This document shows, in pieces, positions 36,658 through 46,166 of a stretch of DNA of 61,934 nt (position 1 is its first letter; each line of letters begins with the position of its first letter). The notes under the pieces are model-generated. The model did not search any database and was not told the origin of the DNA. It saw nothing but the letters and a program-made list of their open reading frames with translations. The DNA is from a virus (lineage: Duplodnaviria > Caudoviricetes), in IMG/VR virus record IMGVR_UViG_3300022309_000006, positions 1-61,934 of that record; one strand, given 5' to 3'. The position numbers were made by a program, and so were the translations under genes.

Positions 36658-37830
36658 ATGATCCGACTGCTGCACTTAGCCGATCTTCACCCGAACGCGA
36701 GCGCCACGCTGGCGGGCAAACTGGCGATTGACCCGGAGACCAGCCAGAACCAAGCGTTGACCGATCTCGACCTGAGCCTGCAGGCCTGCCTGCGGTCCGC
36801 CACCAACCCCGCGCGGCCGTGCCACCTGGCCGTGCTCGCAGGCGACGTGTTCGACAGCCACAAGCCGCACCCGAACGAAATCCGGGTGATCCGCCGGTTC
36901 CTCGAGCCGCTGGCCCTCGAGATGCCGGTGGTGGTGATCCCGGGCAACCACGACATGAGCCAGAACCCGCGGGACGCCACGGCCCTCGAGGCCATCAAGG
37001 GCCTGCCGGGCCTGCATGTCGTGGAACGGCCCGACGTGCTGACGCTGGCGGTCGACGGGCAAGCCGTGCAGATCGCCTGCCTCCCGTACCCGCAGAAGGG
37101 ACGGCTGCTGACCCAGGACGAGACGCTCGACCAGAGCCCCGAGGCCGTCACGGCCCGGATCAACCACGGCCTGGCCGCCATCCTGCGGCATTTTGCGGCC
37201 GAGCGGTCGCCCCACACGTTCACCCTGCTGGTGGCCCACGGGTCCGTCCGGAACGCCTCGGTCGGGGACCAGCCCCGGAGCCTCGAGCACGACATTCTCA
37301 TTCCGACCGACGACTTCGGCGCGTTCGACTACGTGGCGCTCGGCCACATCCACCGGGCCCAAGCGGTCGCGGCGAACGCCCACTACTGCGGGAGCCTGAC
37401 GCGCCAGAGCTTCGGCGAAGAGACCGAAACGAAAGGCTGGCACCTGGTGGAGCTGGGGGGCGCCGAGCTCAAGATCCGGCAAGTTCTCAACCCGCACACC
37501 CGGACCTACTGCACCATCACGCCCGCGATGCTGCAGGACCATGACTACCCGGAGGGCCTCCAGCCCGGCATTTGCTGGCGCTTCAAAGCCAGCCTGACGG
37601 ACCAGGAGGCCCAGGCCCTGCAGCCGACGCTCGCCCGGCTCGCGGCCTCCACGCCCTGGTTTCAACAGACCATCGAACACGTCCGGGAGGCCCGCGCGCG
37701 CGACGCCGCGATGACCACCGTGCTGACGACCGAAGCCGCCCTCCTGCGGGCCCTCGAGGGCAAGGTCACGCCGGAGCAGCTCCCGGCGCTCCTGGAGCTG
37801 CACCGGGCCCTCGACCAACAGAGCGATTGA
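36658..37830 (+). CDS. sbcD: SbcD/Mre11-like metallophosphoesterase nuclease
   Basis: HLADLH, AGDVFD, IPGNHD, VAHG, DYVALGHIH. Confidence 0.93.
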   Translation: MIRLLHLADLHPNASATLAGKLAIDPETSQNQALTDLDLSLQACLRSATNPARPCHLAVLAGDVFDSHKPHPNEIRVIRRFLEPLALEMPVVVIPGNHDMSQNPRDATALEAIKGLPGLHVVERPDVLTLAVDGQAVQIACLPYPQKGRLLTQDETLDQSPEAVTARINHGLAAILRHFAAERSPHTFTLLVAHGSVRNASVGDQPRSLEHDILIPTDDFGAFDYVALGHIHRAQAVAANAHYCGSLTRQSFGEETETKGWHLVELGGAELKIRQVLNPHTRTYCTITPAMLQDHDYPEGLQPGICWRFKASLTDQEAQALQPTLARLAASTPWFQQTIEHVREARARDAAMTTVLTTEAALLRALEGKVTPEQLPALLELHRALDQQSD

Positions 37831-37881
37831 CACGCGCCTCCCCGGCCCACCATGGTGCCGGGATCACCAAGGAGACACCGC

Positions 37882-40185
37882 ATGCTGCTCGAAGAAATCC
37901 ACCTCCGCCATTTCGGAAGTTACGACGACGCGACGATTGACCTCCGCGGCCTCACGGCGGCCGTGGTGCTGGGGCCGAACGGCGCCGGGAAATCCACCGC
38001 GTTCATCGATGCCGTGTTGTGGGCCCTGTACGGGCAAGCCCGGAGCAGCACCGACCACATGCTGAAGACCGGCGAGACCGACATGACGGTCGTGGTGACG
38101 TTCCGGCTGAACCAGCAACGCTACCGGGTGATCCGCAAGCGGAGCCTCCGGACCAAGGCGGGCAAGTCCGACCTGGACCTGCAGGTGGACCGCGACGGCA
38201 CCTGGGCGCCGTTCGGCGCCGGACGGGTCGCCGAGACTCAAGCGCAGATCGTGACGTTGCTGCATTGCGACCACAGCCTACTGACCGCCACGTCCTTCTT
38301 TCTGCAGGGGCAAGCCGACCGCTTCAGCCGCGCCACCCCGGCGGAGCGCAAGACGATCCTGGCGGGCATCCTGCGGCTCGACCACTACGCGGACCTGAAG
38401 CAGCGCGCCGGGCAGGAGCTGACCCGGCTGGACAGCCGCCGGGCCGCGAAGTGGGAACAGCTCCAGGCGCTCACCGATTTGGACGAGACCCTGGCGGCCC
38501 ATCACCGCCAGGCGCGCGAACTGACCGACGGGATCCAGTATGCCGAGCAGGAGCACCACACGGCCGACCAAGCCCATGCCGCCCTCCGGGACCAGATCAC
38601 GGCGCTGAAGGGGCAACTCGCCACCTTGCCGGACCTGCAGGCCACCCTCGAGACCGACCGCGCCACCGTCCAGCCCACCGACACCAAACTGCAGGCCCTG
38701 CTGCAGCGGCACGAACGCTGGAGCAAGATCACGCGGAACGCGCCGGTGATCCGGGAGAAGCTCGAGGCCCATCGCGCCACCTCCAGCGTGATCGCGGCCC
38801 TCGAGCGGACCCTGCAGGACCGGGAACCGGACCTCACGATGGTCCGGGACCAAGTCGCCCACGCCCAGCGCGGCGTGGCGGACCTGCAGGCCCTCGAAGC
38901 CCTGAGCCGCGACCTCCGGCACCAGATCGAGACCGCCGCGACGGCCTACCAGCGCGAGACCGCGGACCTGACGGCCGACCAGACGCGCGACACCACCCAG
39001 GCGGCCCTCTTGACCCAGGTGCCATGCGGCCAGGACCTGCAGGGGCGCTGCCAATTCACCACGCTGGCGGTCGCGGCCCACGCCCGGATCCTGCCCCGCG
39101 AGCAACGCCTGGCCGGGCGCCCGCAAGATTGGCCCGCCATCGTGGCGCTGGTGGCCCCGGACCAGGCCGTCGAACAGGTCAAACTCGAAGCCCAGATCCA
39201 GGAGGCCCGCCGGGCTAACTGGACCGGCATCGTGGCGGAACGCCAGGCTGTCCTGCGGGACCTTGAACAGCACCACCAGCGCGACCGCCAGACCCTCGCG
39301 CAGAAGAAAGGCCTGCTCCCCGAGCTGGAACGCTTCACCGTCCTGCTGCCCGAGCTGGAGCTGGCGGAACGGGAGCTGCCCGGCATCGCGGCCGAGATCA
39401 ACAGCCTGACGGCCTCCATTACCCAGCTCCGCCAGCGCATCACCGACCAGACCCTGGCGATCGCCCGGCTCCAACAGATCCCCACCACCATCACGACCCT
39501 CGAGCAACGCGCCCAGGACGCCCGCGCGCGGATCACGACGATCCAGCGCCACCAGACCACCCTGAGCGAACAGCTCGGCGCCACCCGGGCCGCCATCCAG
39601 CACACCGAGGAGGCCTTAGCCTCGGCCGACAGCCTCCGGGCCGACCTCGCGGCCCTCGAACTCAGCTGCGACCAGTACCGGACCCTGCAGGAGGCCTACG
39701 GGCTTATCCCCACGTTCATGATGGAAAACGCCCTGCCGATCGTGGAACAAGAGACCAACGCCCTGCTGGCCCGGATCAGCCGCACCGGCATGCAGGTCCG
39801 GTTTGACACGCAGAAGGCCCTCAAGAGCCGGGACGGCCTGGCCGAAACCCTCGAGATTGTGGTGCGGGACCAGGTAGGCGAACGCCCGCTCGAGAACTAC
39901 AGCGGCGGCGAACGGTTCCGGCTGGACCTGGCCCAGCGGATCGGCCTGTCGAAATTACTGGCCCGCCGGGCCGGAGCCCGGATCGAGACCCTGGCGATCG
40001 ACGAAGGCCTGGGCAGCCTGGACGAAGACGGCCTCCTGCAGCTGCAGGAATGCCTGGGCGCCCTGGGCGACGATTTCAAACTCGTGCTGGTCATCACCCA
40101 CGTCGACCAAATGAAGGCCACGTTCCCCAGCCAGATCATGATCACCAAAGACCACCAGGGCAGCCACGCGGAGGTACTGACATGA
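37882..40185 (+). CDS. sbcC: SbcC/Rad50-like SMC ATPase
   Basis: Walker A GPNGAGKS, Q-loop LQG, coiled coil, YSGGE, IDEGLGSLD, VITH. Confidence 0.93.
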   Translation: MLLEEIHLRHFGSYDDATIDLRGLTAAVVLGPNGAGKSTAFIDAVLWALYGQARSSTDHMLKTGETDMTVVVTFRLNQQRYRVIRKRSLRTKAGKSDLDLQVDRDGTWAPFGAGRVAETQAQIVTLLHCDHSLLTATSFFLQGQADRFSRATPAERKTILAGILRLDHYADLKQRAGQELTRLDSRRAAKWEQLQALTDLDETLAAHHRQARELTDGIQYAEQEHHTADQAHAALRDQITALKGQLATLPDLQATLETDRATVQPTDTKLQALLQRHERWSKITRNAPVIREKLEAHRATSSVIAALERTLQDREPDLTMVRDQVAHAQRGVADLQALEALSRDLRHQIETAATAYQRETADLTADQTRDTTQAALLTQVPCGQDLQGRCQFTTLAVAAHARILPREQRLAGRPQDWPAIVALVAPDQAVEQVKLEAQIQEARRANWTGIVAERQAVLRDLEQHHQRDRQTLAQKKGLLPELERFTVLLPELELAERELPGIAAEINSLTASITQLRQRITDQTLAIARLQQIPTTITTLEQRAQDARARITTIQRHQTTLSEQLGATRAAIQHTEEALASADSLRADLAALELSCDQYRTLQEAYGLIPTFMMENALPIVEQETNALLARISRTGMQVRFDTQKALKSRDGLAETLEIVVRDQVGERPLENYSGGERFRLDLAQRIGLSKLLARRAGARIETLAIDEGLGSLDEDGLLQLQECLGALGDDFKLVLVITHVDQMKATFPSQIMITKDHQGSHAEVLT

Positions 40186-40667
40186 CCGATCCCCGACCCC
40201 CTCGATCCATCCCCCCGGCCGCGTTCCGCGGCCAGGTCGACCTCTCCGACTGGGAGCTGGAGACTTGGCACAAGATCCTCGACCTGCACCGCGAGGCCAT
40301 CGCGGAGATGCTCCAACACGCCCTGGAGTCATCCCAGGAGGACCGAGGCATCCGCCTGACCATGCGGAGCGACGGCACCGCGCCGCATCACGGGGCAGGC
40401 TCCCCGCTCGACCTGGTGCTGGAGCTGAGCCTGCTGCGCGCGGACGACGACGACGAGATCCCCTGCTTCTTGTTTCCCTTTGCCGACGTGCTCACCAGCG
40501 CGATCTGGCCGGTGCCGTTCCACCCCGACGACACCAGCGCCTTCGATATGCTAGACGAGGAGGACCTCCCGCGGGTCCAGCGGATCCGGGACGCCCTCCG
40601 GGCCACCGCGGACCAGATCGACCACAGCCTGACGGCCGCCACCCAGCATCTCACCAAGGAGGCCTGA
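40182..40667 (+). CDS. acidic hypothetical protein
   Basis: ATGA overlap, GGAGG RBS. Confidence 0.6.
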   Translation: MTDPRPPRSIPPAAFRGQVDLSDWELETWHKILDLHREAIAEMLQHALESSQEDRGIRLTMRSDGTAPHHGAGSPLDLVLELSLLRADDDDEIPCFLFPFADVLTSAIWPVPFHPDDTSAFDMLDEEDLPRVQRIRDALRATADQIDHSLTAATQHLTKEA

Positions 40668-40668
40668 C

Positions 40669-40875
40669 ATGACCCCCGACATCGACGACACCCCCCCGGT
40701 CGCCCCGTACATCCCGGAGGCCCTCGCGCTCGCCCAGCGCCTCGGGCTCTCGCCCGGCCACCCGCAGCACGTCACGATCCTGCACGACGACTGGTGCCCG
40801 CTGTTGGCCCGCACCGGCCCGTGTTGCTGCGATTTCGAGGTGGTGCCCGGCGACACCCCGGAGCCGCCCCGATGA
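40669..40875 (+). CDS. small HDDWCP-motif protein
   Basis: AAGGAGG RBS; HDDWCP...CCC. Confidence 0.6.
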   Translation: MTPDIDDTPPVAPYIPEALALAQRLGLSPGHPQHVTILHDDWCPLLARTGPCCCDFEVVPGDTPEPPR

Positions 40876-41132
40876 GCTGCCGCCCTGTTGTCATCCAGAA
40901 CCCCGACGGCACCACCACGACCGGCATCGTGTGCGGACCGAGCCACCGGCTCACCCGGCAGCCCTGCAGCGTCCCGGGCTGCTTCGAAGGCGCCGGATAC
41001 CTGTGCGACTACCCGCTGGCCGGGCAAGCCCGGACCTGCGACGCGCCGCTGTGCCGCCACCACCGACGCCCGATCCGGAAGGACCGGGACTATTGTGCTC
41101 ACCATTTTGAGGCCGCCATGCGCGGAGAATAG
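40872..41132 (+). CDS. Cys/His-rich Zn-binding protein
   Basis: LCDYP...TCDAPLC..H...DYC..H. Confidence 0.65.
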   Translation: MSCRPVVIQNPDGTTTTGIVCGPSHRLTRQPCSVPGCFEGAGYLCDYPLAGQARTCDAPLCRHHRRPIRKDRDYCAHHFEAAMRGE

Positions 41133-41140
41133 GAGCCCCC

Positions 41141-41332
41141 ATGCCATATACCCGCTACCGTTGCGCCCACTGCCCCGAGACCTTCCCCTTGACCGTCGAG
41201 GGCGCCAAAGCCGCCGTCGAGCACGAACGCCAGACCCGCCACACCGTGCAGGCTTCCCCCTGGGCCGTCGAGCCCGTCCCGGACCCGAAAGTGTCAAGTA
41301 TTTCCGACGGTTCCACCATCACGCCTAATTGA
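41141..41332 (+). CDS. small C2H2-like protein
   Basis: C..C...H.....H; AGGAG RBS. Confidence 0.55.
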   Translation: MPYTRYRCAHCPETFPLTVEGAKAAVEHERQTRHTVQASPWAVEPVPDPKVSSISDGSTITPN

Positions 41333-41362
41333 TTGACAGGCCCGCGCGGGCCCAGCTATACA
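41333..41362 (+). promoter_or_regulatory. putative promoter with 14-bp palindrome in the spacer
   Basis: TTGACA 41333-41338, GGCCCGCGCGGGCC, TATACA; upstream of the HTH/replication operon. Confidence 0.45.
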
Positions 41363-41391
41363 GACCGGCTTCGAGTCCACCTGGAGGATTC

Positions 41392-41673
41392 ATGACCACC
41401 CGACGACGCCCGCGCCCTGCTCAAACCGGCACGATTCCGCCCCGCCCCCACATGGGGGACCAGCTCGACAAACTGCTCCGCGATCTCGGCCTCACTCAGG
41501 CCGAATTTGCCCGGCGGCTCGAGGCCCGCGGCGCCGACATGAGCCGCCAAAACCTCTCCCTCAAGATAGCCCGCGCGGATTGGAACGCGCAGGATCTCTG
41601 GACGATCGCCACCACCGCCAACGTCCCGACGGACTATTTCTTCGGCGTCACGACCCCCACGGCGGCCCGATGA
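41392..41673 (+). CDS. XRE/Cro-like HTH protein
   Basis: LRDLGLTQAEFARRL...MSRQNLS...IA....VP.DYFF. Confidence 0.8.
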   Translation: MTTRRRPRPAQTGTIPPRPHMGDQLDKLLRDLGLTQAEFARRLEARGADMSRQNLSLKIARADWNAQDLWTIATTANVPTDYFFGVTTPTAAR

Positions 41674-42701
41674 GGCCCTACGCCACGGTGTCGCCCACGT
41701 TCTGGACCGGCCAGACCGGCCGGGCCTTGACCAAGTTGTCCCGGGACAGCGCCGCCGGAGCCGACGCCCAACGGCTCGCGTTCTACCTGATCACCAGCCC
41801 CCACGCGACGATGCTGGGCCTGTACTACCTGCCCCTGGCCTACTGCACGACCGACACCGGGCTCGACGAGAAACGCCTCCGCAAAGCCTTGACCGTCCTG
41901 ACGGAGCTGGGGTTCAGCCAGTACGACCCCGAGACCCACTACGTCTGGGTCGTGGAGTTTGCCCGGTTCCAGATCGGCCCCCAGCTCCACCCCGGCGACA
42001 AACGGATCCCCATGCTGAACCGGCTGTACCACGACCTCCCCCACAACCGCTGGCTCGGCGGATTCTTCGACCGCTACGCCGACGCCTTCCACCTCCAAAC
42101 CCGCCGGTGTGAGCACACCCGAGATGCCCCATCGATGGGGCATCGAAGGGGCATCGAAGCCCCATCGGAGGGGCATAAATGCCCCTGTGTTCCTGTTCCT
42201 GTTCTTGGTGTGCTCCCTCCCGCTTCCGATTCTGCTCTTTCTTCCTCCGAGGATGGGGAGGGGTGCAGGGGAGGGGAAGGGCCCGCGGCCGCGGACGGGA
42301 CCGCCACGGTTCCAGCCGAGATCCCCCCGGAGCCCGACGTGACGCCCGCCTGGGTGGTGGAACGGTGGAACGCCATCCAGGGCGTCGAGCCGTTCAATTT
42401 CACCCGGTACTTCAACCCGGAGATCGGCGTCGGGAAAAAACTCCTGGCTCGCGTCAAGCAACACGACAGCCCGCAATGGTGGCTTGACTATTTTACGAAA
42501 ATCCAGCAAAGCAACTGGCTAGTCGAGAGCTTTCACCCGCATCTCGACTGGGGCCTCGAGCCGCGCAACATCCAGAAGGTGCTGCAGGGGAATTACATCA
42601 AGACCCTGAAGCGCCCCCGGGCCAGCGCGTATGGCCGGATCATTGACGACCTGCAGGCCGCGGACGAGCGCCCCCCACCTAAACCAGGAGGGGAGCCATG
42701 A
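41670..42701 (+). CDS. phage replication initiator protein
   Basis: YATVSPTFW...YLITSPH.TM.GLY.LP; C-terminal DW.L...N..KVL.GNY; internal iteron-like repeats. Confidence 0.8.
   Translation: MRPYATVSPTFWTGQTGRALTKLSRDSAAGADAQRLAFYLITSPHATMLGLYYLPLAYCTTDTGLDEKRLRKALTVLTELGFSQYDPETHYVWVVEFARFQIGPQLHPGDKRIPMLNRLYHDLPHNRWLGGFFDRYADAFHLQTRRCEHTRDAPSMGHRRGIEAPSEGHKCPCVPVPVLGVLPPASDSALSSSEDGEGCRGGEGPAAADGTATVPAEIPPEPDVTPAWVVERWNAIQGVEPFNFTRYFNPEIGVGKKLLARVKQHDSPQWWLDYFTKIQQSNWLVESFHPHLDWGLEPRNIQKVLQGNYIKTLKRPRASAYGRIIDDLQAADERPPPKPGGEP
42123..42207. repeat. iteron-like repeats / putative replication origin
   Basis: Perfect 22-bp palindrome GATGCCCCATCGATGGGGCATC, further GGGGCAT/GCCCC copies, (TGTTCC)n run. 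Confidence 0.65.
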
Positions 42702-43129
42702 CACGCTTACCAACCAAAGATTTCCTGCAGGGCTGGGCCTTGTTGGTCGCGCAGCCCTATGGCGTCGCGTATCGCCGCGAGCCCGAAGCTGAACAGGTCC
42801 AGCGCCGCTGCTGGCAAGAGGAATTCAGCGACGCCCCCCCGAGGGTCTGGCGCGACGCCGTCTCGTTTTGGGTGCGCCAAGAAGACCACTTCCCGCTGAT
42901 CCCCGAGATGCGGGCCCACATCACCCGGCTGACGCCCCCGCCGGTGCCCACGGCCCGCGTGGCGTTGGCGCCCGGCCCCACCATGCCGGTCGACGAAGCC
43001 GATCTCCTGGCTTACGCGGAACGGCACGGCGTCTCGGTCTTCGTGGCGGTGAAGCAGTGGGAAGCCGTGCGGGCCTGGGTGCAGGCCGGACGGCCCATCC
43101 CGCTCCCCCAGGAGCCCCTCCCGACATGA
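42698..43129 (+). CDS. putative helicase loader/inhibitor (G39P-N-like)
   Basis: Follows initiator; W...F.D.....WR.AV..W.....HFP.I.E. Confidence 0.55.
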   Translation: MTRLPTKDFLQGWALLVAQPYGVAYRREPEAEQVQRRCWQEEFSDAPPRVWRDAVSFWVRQEDHFPLIPEMRAHITRLTPPPVPTARVALAPGPTMPVDEADLLAYAERHGVSVFVAVKQWEAVRAWVQAGRPIPLPQEPLPT

Positions 43130-43389
43130 ACGCCCTACCCGGCCCGATCTCGAAAGCGCGGCAACAGGCCTCGGCGGCCCGGGCGGCCGCCAGCCACCTC
43201 GCCCGCCGCCAGCTCGCCACCCCCCGGGGGATCGTGCAGACCGACCGGATCGCCGAATTCCGGGAACGGATCCGGGATTTCTGCACCGGCCCGCCCGAGT
43301 ACACGACGGTCCGGGCTCACCACACCCTGTCGGCCGACGACTACGCCGCCCGGATCGTGCAGCTGATCGAACAGCACGGGCCGCCCTGA
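43126..43389 (+). CDS. hypothetical protein
   Basis: ATGA overlap, AGGAG RBS. Confidence 0.5.
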   Translation: MNALPGPISKARQQASAARAAASHLARRQLATPRGIVQTDRIAEFRERIRDFCTGPPEYTTVRAHHTLSADDYAARIVQLIEQHGPP

Positions 43390-43391
43390 CG

Positions 43392-44162
43392 ATGCCGTAC
43401 CGTGATCCTGCCCGACGCCGGGAAGCCACCCGGCTGGGCAGCCGCGCCCATTACGAACGACACCGGGAGGCCATCATCGCCCGGACGGCCGCCCGCAAGG
43501 CGCGCCAGAAACAACTACGGAAGGACTGGGAGATGTCGACGCCGCAACGATGCCCGAAATGCCAGGGCAGCATGACCCGCCAGGAGATGGGCGGCCGCCA
43601 GTTTTGGCAATGTGAACGCGAATCCTGTGGCGGCCGGATCCTGCTGGACCGCCCGCACGTCCCGCACGGCTTCACCCCGCAGACCCTGCCGGTCGAGCCC
43701 GAGAAGCCTAGCCGCCGCCGCCCGCCGGTCGTCCAGGAAGACGCCACAGAGATCGACGACAACCCCTTGACCGAGCTGGAGAATTCCCTGCTGGGCGACG
43801 AAATCCCGATCGACCCCGACGACGACGCCGTCCAGGACCCCGACGCGCCGGACCCGCCTGCCCGCCAAACTGCCCCGGAGCGCGACGATCCGGCCGACCG
43901 GGATGAGCCGGAGCCCGATCTGCCCTCGACGCGCCCTACGGCCAGCCAGCGGCCTCCCCGAGGGGGTCGCCCGCGAGCGCCTTACAGCCCCTCCTCCCTG
44001 TCCGGGGCTTTCGACCCCCGGGCCCAGGCGTTGAGCGCCCTCGACGAGGCCATCGGGGCGCTGGACCAAGAGACCGTGGCGCTGCAGGCCCGGCTCGCCA
44101 CCATCGAGACCGAACGGCAGGCCTTACAACAGGCCAGCGCCGTGCTGCGCCGGAGGCCCTGA
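43392..44162 (+). CDS. hypothetical protein with Zn ribbon and C-terminal coiled coil
   Basis: CPKC...CERESC, acidic linker. Confidence 0.6.
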   Translation: MPYRDPARRREATRLGSRAHYERHREAIIARTAARKARQKQLRKDWEMSTPQRCPKCQGSMTRQEMGGRQFWQCERESCGGRILLDRPHVPHGFTPQTLPVEPEKPSRRRPPVVQEDATEIDDNPLTELENSLLGDEIPIDPDDDAVQDPDAPDPPARQTAPERDDPADRDEPEPDLPSTRPTASQRPPRGGRPRAPYSPSSLSGAFDPRAQALSALDEAIGALDQETVALQARLATIETERQALQQASAVLRRRP

Positions 44163-44163
44163 C

Positions 44164-44322
44164 GTGGAGTTATTCACAGCCTTCCTCGAGGGCCTGACGA
44201 CCGGCCTCTGGACCGGCGCCTGGTGCATCGGGTGGGTCTTGGCGATGGTGACGTGCCTGGGGATCTTGGGCGGCCTGCTCCGCACCGTGAGCTGGCTGCT
44301 GCAGCGCCAGGAGCCCCGCTGA
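44164..44322 (+). CDS. small membrane protein
   Basis: GGAGG RBS, GTG start, hydrophobic 52 aa, TGATG coupling. Confidence 0.5.
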   Translation: MELFTAFLEGLTTGLWTGAWCIGWVLAMVTCLGILGGLLRTVSWLLQRQEPR

Positions 44323-44759
44323 TGCGGACGAACTACGGCGATCTGCCGCTGACGCTCGACCCGCGGACCGGCCGCGCCACCCTGGCGCCCGCGCGCCCCG
44401 TGGTGCCGGTGGCGCCGGGCCCTGTGCCCACGTTATCCCCAGGCGCCCGGTACCGTTCGAAGACCGAAGCCCGGTACGCCGGGCACCTCGAGGCCTGCCG
44501 GATGGCCGGGCAGATCCGGGAGGCCCGGTACGAAGCCCTCCGCTTCACCCTCGGGCCCCGCACGACCCTGACGCCCGATTTCTGCGTGGAGCGCCCGGAC
44601 CGGCAGCTCGAGCTGCACGAAGTCAAAGGTTTCGCCCGCGAGGACGCCTGGGTGAAGCTCAAGATCGCGGCCGTCCAGTGGCCCTGGTTCCGCTGGGTGC
44701 TGGTGACGTGGGACCGGCGCGCCGGGACCTGGCAGCTCCGGGAGGTGCCCCGGGGATGA
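44322..44759 (+). CDS. PD-(D/E)XK endonuclease (DUF1064-like)
   Basis: SKTEARY, TPDF, HEVKG, VKLK.AA. Confidence 0.82.
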   Translation: MRTNYGDLPLTLDPRTGRATLAPARPVVPVAPGPVPTLSPGARYRSKTEARYAGHLEACRMAGQIREARYEALRFTLGPRTTLTPDFCVERPDRQLELHEVKGFAREDAWVKLKIAAVQWPWFRWVLVTWDRRAGTWQLREVPRG

Positions 44760-45223
44760 GCCGCCACCGCATCAACCCGAAGGCCGGATGGGTGAGTCCC
44801 GCGGTCTTGCCGAAAGGCCCGAACGGCCGGACGCAATGCCGGTATTGCCAGGCCGAAGTCCCCACCGGGCGCCGGTCGTTTTGCAGCGACGTCTGCGTCC
44901 ACGAATGGAAGCTCCGGTCCGACCCCACCTACGTCCGCCGCCAGATTCACCGGCGGGACCGCGGCGTCTGCAGCGCGTGCGGCCTCGACACCGACCGCTT
45001 CAAGGAGGCGATCGCCCGGCTGCCTTACGGCCAACGCCTCCCGGCCCTGCTGGCCCGGGGCTTTAAGCAGCACGGCCACCTGTGGGAAGCCGATCACATC
45101 CAGCCGGTCGCCGACGGGGGCGGCGAATGCGGCCTCGAGAATTACCGAACCCTGTGCCTCCCGTGCCACAAACTCGCCACACGTCAGTGGCGACACACCC
45201 GTGCCTCAACCAAGGAGACCTAA
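44756..45223 (+). CDS. HNH endonuclease
   Basis: RDRGVC..C, WEADHI.PV..GGG...L.N.RTLC..CH. Confidence 0.9.
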   Translation: MSRHRINPKAGWVSPAVLPKGPNGRTQCRYCQAEVPTGRRSFCSDVCVHEWKLRSDPTYVRRQIHRRDRGVCSACGLDTDRFKEAIARLPYGQRLPALLARGFKQHGHLWEADHIQPVADGGGECGLENYRTLCLPCHKLATRQWRHTRASTKET

Positions 45224-45224
45224 C

Positions 45225-46166
45225 ATGACCGACACCGCCACCGTGCTCGACCCCGCAGACCTGCAGGACGACGCCCAGCGCGACACCCTGTGGAAGCTCA
45301 CCAAGGACCTGAAGAAAGCCGCCAAAACCCTGTCGGCCGACGAGGCCCGCTACCTGGTGGACCGCTACTACCAGCTGCAGAACGACCGGATCCGCGCCGA
45401 CGCGCAAGTCCGGGCCGCCGGAGACGCCGGAGAACCGAACGCCCTGCTGGGCTGGATGTCCGAGACCTCCTGGGCGATGGAGTGCGCGATCAAAAAAGCC
45501 CTGGACATTTATTCTGACCAACACGCGCCCGGCCGCTGGGCCAAGGCGCAGTACGGGATCGGGCCGGTGCTGTGCGCCGGGCTGCTGGCCCACATCGACA
45601 TCACCAAGGCCCCGACGGTGGGGAAAATCTGGCGATTTGCCGGGCTGGATCCAACCGTGACGTGGGAGAAGAAAACCAAGCGCCCGTGGAACGCCCGGCT
45701 CAAGACCCTGTGCTGGAAAATCGGCGATTCCTTCGTGAAATTCCACAACCGCGACGCCTGCGTCTACGGCAAGCTGTACGCGGAACGCAAACGCTACGAG
45801 ATCGACCGGAACCTGCGGGGGGAGCATGCCGAGACCGCCCGGCTGACCCTCGAGGCCAAGAAGTTCGACAAGAGCACCCCGACGTACCACGCCTACCAGG
45901 ACGGCAAGCTGCCCGACGGCCGGATCGAACTCCGGGCCCGCCGGTGGGCCGTCAAGCTGTTTTTAAGCGGCCTGCACGAAGCGATGTATTTTGACCGTTA
46001 CGGCACGCTGCCCCCCAAACCGTATGCGCTCGAGCACCTGGGGCACGCGCACTACATCGCGCCGCCGCACCTGGAGGAAATCCCCGGCTGGGCCGAGGCC
46101 CGCCGGAAGGCCGCGCCACTGCCCAACTCAACCGAACCGAGAGAGCCATCCGCATTCGATGAGTGA
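45225..46166 (+). CDS. tasA: TIGR-associated Tas protein, nuclease-less TasA type (IS110/Nop-like RNA-binding domain)
   Basis: Coiled coil YYQLQNDRIR, GIGPVLCAGLLA.ID...GKIWRFAGL.P, WNARLK.L, Y...Y..RK, RARRWAVKLFL; no N-terminal DEDD RuvC; directly followed by a 36-nt dual-repeat array. Confidence 0.8.
   Translation: MTDTATVLDPADLQDDAQRDTLWKLTKDLKKAAKTLSADEARYLVDRYYQLQNDRIRADAQVRAAGDAGEPNALLGWMSETSWAMECAIKKALDIYSDQHAPGRWAKAQYGIGPVLCAGLLAHIDITKAPTVGKIWRFAGLDPTVTWEKKTKRPWNARLKTLCWKIGDSFVKFHNRDACVYGKLYAERKRYEIDRNLRGEHAETARLTLEAKKFDKSTPTYHAYQDGKLPDGRIELRARRWAVKLFLSGLHEAMYFDRYGTLPPKPYALEHLGHAHYIAPPHLEEIPGWAEARRKAAPLPNSTEPREPSAFDE

Noticed and set aside
45225-46166. IS110 insertion sequence transposase
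   Set aside because: No N-terminal DEDD RuvC domain, no SG catalytic loop and no element ends; the adjacent dual-repeat array fits a Tas protein better
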